Source of the DNA: Amoebidium appalachense
Taxonomy: Eukaryota > Protista > Ichthyosporea
Reading direction: 5' to 3'
Length of the DNA stretch: 5,005 nt
Assembly (NCBI GenBank): GCA_963693365.1
Contig: CAVNZM010000141.1
Span: 1 to 5,005 of the forward strand
A program made the translations under genes and the position numbers. Shown here piece by piece: positions 1 to 5,005 of the stretch. Position 1 is the stretch's first letter, and each line of letters begins with the position of its first letter. The notes beneath the pieces were generated by a model. That model did not search any database. It was not told the DNA's origin and saw only the letters and a program-made list of their open reading frames with translations.

Positions 1-250
1 GCCCCCCTTCCCCCCTTCCCTGTCCTCCACACCCACCCACCCGGGCACACGAAGATATCCCCAACCCCACCCTAACCCCTACCAACAATAACCACCCACC
101 CACATATCACTGCTCACACCATACTTCCTGATACTCCCCCCCCCCCCCCTTTCCCTCCCCCCCTATTCCCTCCCCTCTCCCCTCTCCCCCTTTCCCCCCT
201 CCCCACCACCAAACGATTTACCCAGTTTCACAATGCACCCACCCACCCAC
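1..250 (-). other. 5' part of the next intron of the F-box gene (G-rich on the sense strand), truncated by the window edge
   Basis: Starts GTGGGT at 250. Low-complexity C-rich + strand with no credible exon. The expected WD40 exons would lie beyond position 1. Confidence 0.65.
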
Positions 251-439
251 CTTGGGGTCCCACCCCCTCTGCCTGCACAGTCTCCCCCACAGGAACGCAC
301 TGTGGGCCTGCAAGAATTGCTGCCAGGCCCTGCACGTGAGCTCTATGGCACACAGAGAGCGTGCATCCATGTGGCTCAAAAATCCTCAAGACGATTTCTT
401 CTGGAAGGGCGCTGATGAAATCGCGCTGCAACAAACGGC
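251..439 (-). CDS. F-box exon with an apparent 1-nt frameshift at 378-382
   Basis: Reads RLLQRDFISALPEEIVLRI and, after removing one base, LSHMDARSLCAIELTCRAWQQFLQAHSAFLWGRLCRQRGWDPK. This is a complete F-box (LP.E....I.S.......LC....C+.W......LW..LC). Ends at a phase-0 donor AAG|GTGGGT at 250. Confidence 0.85.
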
Positions 440-635
440 CTGGATACAGCAAGAATGGCTGTAAGAACATGCGGAGAATACATGTGCAATACAGCGGACA
501 TAACATATATATATAGAAAGCAGATGCATCGTAGAGAAACCAATACAAAATATGCATGTACCTTACATGATACTATATACGGGTTGGTACACGCATGACA
601 AGGCATCAGGTGTACAGAGGGGAGGTGCACATATG

Positions 636-742
636 CACACACACACACACACTGGTAGACACACACACACACACACAGACACAGACATAGACACCCACAC
701 ATACGCACATACACACATACAGACGCAGACACAGACACACAG

Positions 743-814
<72 letters not shown>
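636..814. repeat. Compound (CA)n microsatellite
   Basis: Degenerate CA/CAGA/CATA units from 636, with a pure (CA)n run at 744-814. Confidence 0.97.
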
Positions 815-817
<3 letters not shown>

Positions 818-898
818 CACATCCAAACACAGTTCCCATTCCTCTCCTCACTCAACTTCCCTCCTTTCCGCTCCCTTTCCCCCCTGCATCCCACAGCT

Positions 899-968
899 CC
901 CCCCCTCCCCTCCCCCCCCACCCCCCCCCCCCCCCCACCTACACACAAACACACACGCACACACACAC
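899..968. repeat. Poly-C tract followed by short (CA)n at the intron 5' end
   Basis: C runs at 899-939 and CA repeats at 941-968. Confidence 0.9.
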
Positions 969-972
969 GTAC

Positions 973-1147
973 CCAGTAGGTCGTGCAGTGAGCTCAACAC
1001 CTCGAGGTCACACTGCCTCACCAGAGCCCTAAGTGCTTTCTCTCTCCCGTGTGTGTCCAAACCGGAAAACCATGTTAGCACGGTGGGGGGCAGCGAGGTC
1101 CCCGACAAGTCGCTGTCTGTGGGCTCAGGGCTCTCTCTCCTTGTCAT
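973..1147 (-). CDS. First visible coding exon of an FBXW7/Cdc4/beta-TrCP-like F-box protein (N-terminus and D dimerisation domain)
   Basis: ATG at 1147 in caaaATGa context. Translates MTRRESPEPTDSDLSGTSLPPTVLTWFSGLDTHGREKALRALVRQCDLEVLSSLHDLL(G), which resembles the helical D domain preceding the F-box in FBXW7/beta-TrCP (similarity judged from memory). Ends at a phase-1 donor G|GTACGT immediately followed by (GT)n. An upstream coding exon spliced to the AG at 1156-1157 cannot be excluded. Confidence 0.8.
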
Positions 1148-1155
1148 TTTGGCAT

Positions 1156-1335
1156 CTAATGTGACGGTGGTAGGGAAGAGTAAAGAAGGATTGCGAGATG
1201 AAATGTTGAGCGTGATGCGTCAGAGGGAAAGACCAGTTTGTAACTGCAGCAGTGAAGAGGGGATGCAAGGGGCAAAAGCCCAGCACAGAAAGGTAAAAGA
1301 AGCCTGAATGTGGCGTAATAGAGGAAGAAAAGAAC
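1156..1335 (-). promoter_or_regulatory. Pyrimidine-rich leader with candidate 3' splice acceptor(s) upstream of the F-box ATG
   Basis: The minus strand is C/T-rich, ending tccttctttactcttccctaccaccgtcacatTAG|atgccaaaATG. Further pyrimidine tract + CAG motifs occur near 1244 and 1304. The in-frame stop at 1222-1220 rules out unspliced N-terminal extension. Confidence 0.4.
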
Positions 1336-1399
1336 CCGATTCCAAAGAGTTTCAAAACCTCTTCACAAGCTCCAGACCTCTATTTGATTCACACTTCGT

Positions 1400-1490
1400 T
1401 TTGTCCGCCCGCGGGTGGAGTCTCGATCAAGCCTGAGTAGTGGACTAGTTGGGTTGCGTAATCACAGTGGTGCGGTAGTCCGCGGCTTGA
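1400..1490. promoter_or_regulatory. Candidate proximal promoter of the F-box gene
   Basis: CpG-containing patch with GC-box CCGCCC (1405-1410) inside the quasi-palindrome tccgcccgcgggtgga, and a bZIP-like TTGCGTAAT (1454-1462). Supported only by motif and position. Confidence 0.25.
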
Positions 1491-1896
1491 AGTGTCATTA
1501 ACTATTTGGGAGCAGCACAGCTGATACAAAAATATTAGTTTAAAGGTGTAGTATATACACTCTGTAGACTATTCGTCCCACCATGCCAGTCGCCATGACG
1601 AGTCCTTTCCTGTACGACGAGGGGGCCCGGGTACCATATCAGGAGCGGGCAATTTTTGAATTCTCCCTCCCCGGCCCCGCCGGGGAAAATTTGAGGTTTT
1701 TGGACCTCAAAGAAGTCAAATCCTGCAAAATCCACTACCGGGAGGCCAAAAAGGGTGATTTTACAAAAAAGGAGGGACATACATGAAAAAGAGAAAATGG
1801 GCGAGTTCAGTGGGCTGCCGATAAGTATATTTCGTGCTGGGCCGGTATACATGCTGCCGTGGTTGTTGCTGTAGACGGCAGTATGGCATCGCATGT

Positions 1897-2502
1897 GTCA
1901 CGTGACCTGCACGTGAATGCGACCATGTGCAGGCACTGAGTCTAGGGGGGATTTGTATGTGTGTTTTGGAGCACCGACAAGGCAGAGCCAGGGTGAGGGA
2001 TGTGTAAACATGGAGTTTAGGGAGATCGTGCTGCTATTGTAACATGTGCACAAAACAGCCACGTGCACCGGCACACTCCGGTGTACAGAACAATAATATG
2101 CACATGCGTCACTGTAATATCATGTATGCGCATGCCGCACAAGGTTTAGGAGACCACCACAGTATATACTATTTTCTTTTGGTTGATATCCATGTAGGGA
2201 ATGGTGTGTTGCAGTTGTCATGATCAGCCTGAGGCAGGCACGTGCACTCACTGAATCACTAGAACTCATGAATAAAAAATACATTCGCTAAAAACGGCAA
2301 GGTAAATTTGGGGCCAAGCTATTATTTCCCCCTTTTAAACGTTTTTTTAGCTCCAAGAACTTCGACGCCAAAATTTCTATATTTGGCCATCGTATATGAT
2401 AATGAACACGTGTACTTAAATTAAAGTAGTTATATAAATATGAGCGGCCCGTTACAAATACAGTGACGAAAAACAGTGACCCACGAGCAGTTTTTCTTTC
2501 TA

Positions 2503-2555
<53 letters not shown>

Positions 2556-2654
2556 ACACACACACCAGACACACACACCACCACCACGGTGACCACCACC
2601 ACCACCACCACCACCACTCACCCCTTAAAAAAACCACACACATACGTGCACGTG
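1897..2654. promoter_or_regulatory. Cluster of six CACGTG E-boxes
   Basis: CACGTG at 1899, 1910, 2060, 2239, 2407 and 2649. The first lies within GTCACGTGAC (1897-1906). The motifs are certain but their function is not. Confidence 0.3.
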
Positions 2655-2686
2655 TACACACACACACAGAACACCACCACCACCTC
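2504..2686. repeat. C38 homopolymer + (CA)n + (CAC)n compound repeat
   Basis: Poly-C at 2504-2541, CA repeats to ~2577, CAC triplets ~2577-2617, and further short CA/CAC runs to ~2686. Confidence 0.95.
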
Positions 2687-2779
2687 CACTGGACCCCATT
2701 TCCTCGTTGTTTTCTTAAGCCTTCAGACCAGTCCTGCACACTGGAGTTAAACAATTGAATTCACCTAGGCTGACATGCA

Positions 2780-3156
2780 TCCCACCCCCGCCTTCCACTT
2801 CCCCTCCCCCCCCCCCCCCACCCCCCACCCCCCCCCCACCCCCACCCCCTCCCCCTCGATGAAGAAGGGCCCCCGTAAGCCTTGGGGGGGGGGGGGGGGG
2901 GGAGGGGGGGAAGGGGAAGGGGGGAGCTCTTGAGCCTCCGGGTAGGGAAGTGGGGTCCGGGGATCCGGAGAGGGAGGGGGGGGGGGGGGGGGGGAAGGGG
3001 CATATAATATTGGGCCTAGATATCATAGTATGGGGCCCCGGGGGAGGGAGAGGGTGGGGGGGGGGAGGGGGAGGATCCACGGGAAAGACCTTTAGGTGCA
3101 TGTTCTTATTTATACCCCCTTCGAATCATCCCCCCTCCTCCCCCCCCTCCCCCCCT
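2780..3156. repeat. Low-complexity C-rich / G-rich / C-rich blocks
   Basis: C runs at 2780-2856, G runs at 2884-3075 (including G19 at 2884-2902), C runs at 3130-3155. Confidence 0.9.
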
Positions 3157-3754
3157 GAGTGCAGGCCGTGACGTAGCTACGATAACCCTGCAGAAGGCAA
3201 CAAAAATGTATTAATTACTAGCACTATACATGTGTTCATAGTGCAGCTTGCACCACGTATGATCTCAGCAACTTTAAAGTAGTCACAAAGTTTAGTTATT
3301 TTCATTATTTTCATTGCTCTGAACTCTATTACTCTGAAATGATCACCGTGCATGTGCCGCAAGATAACAACCCTATATGTGTGCAGCTGCTGCCTGCAGG
3401 TTAGACTCGCTGAAAAGACAATTGTCAGTGTGCATCCGACGCTTGCAGCTGCAGCTAGCCTCTGCAACATTAATACTTGCCAAGTGAATGCTCTTACACT
3501 TGATCATCATTCACTCAAAAAACCGAGGACCGACAGATTAAATATTAATGTCGATCCGAATGATCAGCAAGTGTCTATGCGTACTACTATATATACACAC
3601 ACGTAAAATGCGAAGCTATCAGTTACAAGGCACACCTGCTGCACTGGCACACATACACATACACACCGGCAGATCGATGCTGTCAAAATTTACTTTCATG
3701 TACTTCGTAGGTCCGACACAGGTGCACATGAACACGTACATATGTACAAGCCGC

Positions 3755-3887
3755 GCACACACCACACCACACATACACACACACACACACACACTCACAC
3801 ACACACACGCACACACGCACACACGCACACACGCACACACGCACGCACGCACGCACACACACACACACACGCACGCACGCGCGCGCG

Positions 3888-3959
<72 letters not shown>

Positions 3960-3981
3960 GACACACACACACACACACACA
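3755..3981. repeat. Compound (CA)n/(CACG)n/(CG)n microsatellite
   Basis: CA runs with GCACACAC and GCAC units, and (GC)9 at 3879-3896. Confidence 0.97.
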
Positions 3982-4039
3982 TCACTGGGTGCGCTCGCTG
4001 GGGATTAGTTTTTTGGCACGCTGTTGACTTTATCGTGTG

Positions 4040-4059
4040 TTTATTATTTGCTATTTATT
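4040..4059 (-). terminator. Tandem AATAAA polyadenylation signals of the right-hand gene
   Basis: TTTATT on + at 4040-4045 and 4054-4059, ~350 nt past the TAA stop. A (TG)n tract follows ~60 nt further downstream on the minus strand, as expected for a GU-rich downstream element. Confidence 0.5.
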
Positions 4060-4285
4060 GGCCAGCGGCCAACATTTAAAAATATACTATATACCTAAAA
4101 ATAGATACTGACTACGGCCAGCAGACATTATACACCTTCCAGGACACATTAACACCAATAGTCTAACACACCATACTCTCGATCACAAAGAATTCCTAAC
4201 AAACAGAGAAAAGTGCAAAGGCTCTGTACTATTACTCAGATTCTAAATTTTAATTCTTTACAGTAAACTTCGGAATGAAAGCTAG

Positions 4286-4316
<31 letters not shown>

Positions 4317-4327
4317 CCCTCCCCCCC
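4286..4327. repeat. Poly-C tract (poly-G in the putative 3' UTR)
   Basis: C28 at 4286-4313 followed by shorter C runs. Confidence 0.95.
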
Positions 4328-4409
4328 TAACATGACTGTACGAAGAACAGGTATAGCTTGAAGCACTACAACACATATGAGATCCGTTACATTGGTGTAC
4401 ATTCCAATA

Positions 4410-5005
4410 TTAGACACTAGTTTGGCTACTCTGACTACTCTGAGATCCTGATTGGCTGCCTGCAGACTTGCGGCCAGGATTCCTTTGCTTTCGATCGTGC
4501 CATTGCAGCTGCGTCTCTCCAGCAGGTGGCAACGCCAGGCCCAGCACAGCAGATGCACGAGAAGGGGGTGGGAACTGCCCACCAGCCGAGGGCTGGCCCA
4601 CATGGCCCAAGTAAGGATGGGGACCGTGCTGCGGCAGTAGCCCAGGCATGGGGAAGGCAGGGCCGGGCTGAGGCGGCATGATGCCCCACGGTGGGGGCCA
4701 GCCATGTGGGTGGTGCGGGCCTGGATGGGGTGCAGGGGGCATGTGCGGCACATGGCCCTGCTGCATGTCAAGCGCGGGTGCTGGTGGCATGGCATCCTGA
4801 TTGGCTGCAACCCAACGTGGGCAGCTCTTGGCCCGATTGGAGCCGGGGCAGCCCTTGCCCTGGCGGCCACAGGTCTTGCAGGTCTTGGGGGCTCTCTGGG
4901 GTGGCTGCATAGGAGGGGGCACCGGCAAGTCCATCTGCAGGGGCCCCTCAGGGCCAATGTTGCGATGCTTTTTGCCCACTAGCATGGGCAAGGGCAGCTC
5001 ACGCT
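4410..5005 (-). CDS. C-terminal part of an unknown protein with a C4 zinc-binding-like motif and a Pro/His/Gly-rich tail (5' truncated)
   Basis: The frame is open from the window edge (RELPLPMLVGKK...) to TAA at 4412-4410. GC-rich non-repetitive DNA drops to AT-rich right after the stop. Contains RAPKTCKTCGRQGKGCPGSNRAKSC, a Pro-rich disordered region and a terminal GSQSGSQSSQSSQTSV. Confidence 0.75.
   Translation of the reverse strand, partial: RELPLPMLVGKKHRNIGPEGPLQMDLPVPPPMQPPQRAPKTCKTCGRQGKGCPGSNRAKSCPRWVAANQDAMPPAPALDMQQGHVPHMPPAPHPGPHHPHGWPPPWGIMPPQPGPAFPMPGLLPQHGPHPYLGHVGQPSAGGQFPPPSRASAVLGLALPPAGETQLQWHDRKQRNPGRKSAGSQSGSQSSQSSQTSV

Larger units (their letters stand above)
440..972 (-). 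other. GT-AG spliceosomal intron (533 nt, phase 1)
   Basis: Donor GTACGT at 972-967 and acceptor ttcttgctgtatcCAG ending at 440. Splicing gives in-frame ...LHDLL-G-RLLQRDFISALP..., matching the spacing of the D-domain/F-box junction in this family. The intron is filled with (GT)n and G runs. Confidence 0.8.

Noticed and set aside
70-79. CCCTAACCC telomere-like unit
   Set aside because: Single copy within C-rich low-complexity DNA.
376-1307. ORFs 376-966, 552-1307, 563-826 and 606-851 with poly-(CV) or poly-(HT)
   Set aside because: Translations of the intronic (CA)n repeat and of the antisense strand of the real exon.
1404-1450. Hairpin followed by CTAGT as a Helitron 3' end
   Set aside because: The hairpin-to-CTAG spacing (~25 nt) is longer than the typical ~10-12 nt, and there is no other Helitron evidence.
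1535-1894. ORFs 1583-1786 (+) and 1535-1894 (-)
   Set aside because: Short, no family resemblance, and they overlap the hairpin/A-T-run segment better explained as non-coding.
2288-3171. Poly-G/P/V/T ORFs on both strands
   Set aside because: Produced by homopolymer and triplet tracts that lack stop codons, with no domain-like content.
1897-3172. GTCACGTGACCTGCAC and GTGCAGGCCGTGAC as terminal inverted repeats of a 1.3-kb element
   Set aside because: The match needs two gaps in 16 nt, no TSD is seen, and such motifs are common in this region.
3177-3606. ORFs 3177-3470 (-) and 3352-3606 (+), and a possible + strand exon after ctgcag at ~3399
   Set aside because: No recognisable motif, no partner exons, and weak splice context.
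3548-4027. ORFs spanning the large CA/CG repeat
   Set aside because: Microsatellite translations.
4250-4982. Alternative-frame ORFs 4250-4957 (-), 4435-4689 (-), 4452-4640, 4691-4912 and 4704-4982 (+)
   Set aside because: Shadow frames of a GC-rich CDS. The 4410 frame has the coherent motif and its stop coincides with the GC drop, whereas 4250-4957 runs through poly-G.
4410-5005. Calling the right-hand gene CRIPT because of CxxC and terminal QTSV
   Set aside because: CRIPT is a ~100-aa protein with multiple CxxC pairs and no Pro-rich region, so the architecture does not match.
1-5005. CRISPR array, tRNA, rRNA or prokaryotic operon
   Set aside because: No repeat-spacer periodicity, cloverleaf or rRNA-like sequence was seen, and the organisation is eukaryotic.

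Overview
Eukaryotic genomic DNA, rich in microsatellites and homopolymers, with conventional GT-AG introns. The F-box family suggests an opisthokont, but the organism cannot be identified from this window. Two minus-strand genes are partly visible. (1) On the left are the first two visible coding exons (1147-973, 439-251) of an FBXW7/Cdc4/beta-TrCP-type protein with a dimerisation (D) domain and an F-box. The F-box reads through only if one base is removed at the A5 run at 378-382, and the gene continues off the left edge. (2) On the right is the 3' end (5005-4410) of an unknown protein with a CxxC-x6-C-x8-C motif, a Pro/His/Gly-rich tail and a C-terminal QTSV, followed by two AATAAA signals. 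The ~2.8 kb between them holds (CA)n, poly-C and poly-G tracts, six CACGTG E-boxes, several hairpins and one G-rich island of opposite strand polarity. Most ORFs in the track are repeat-derived artefacts. I found no well-supported novel system; the findings are leads of modest strength.
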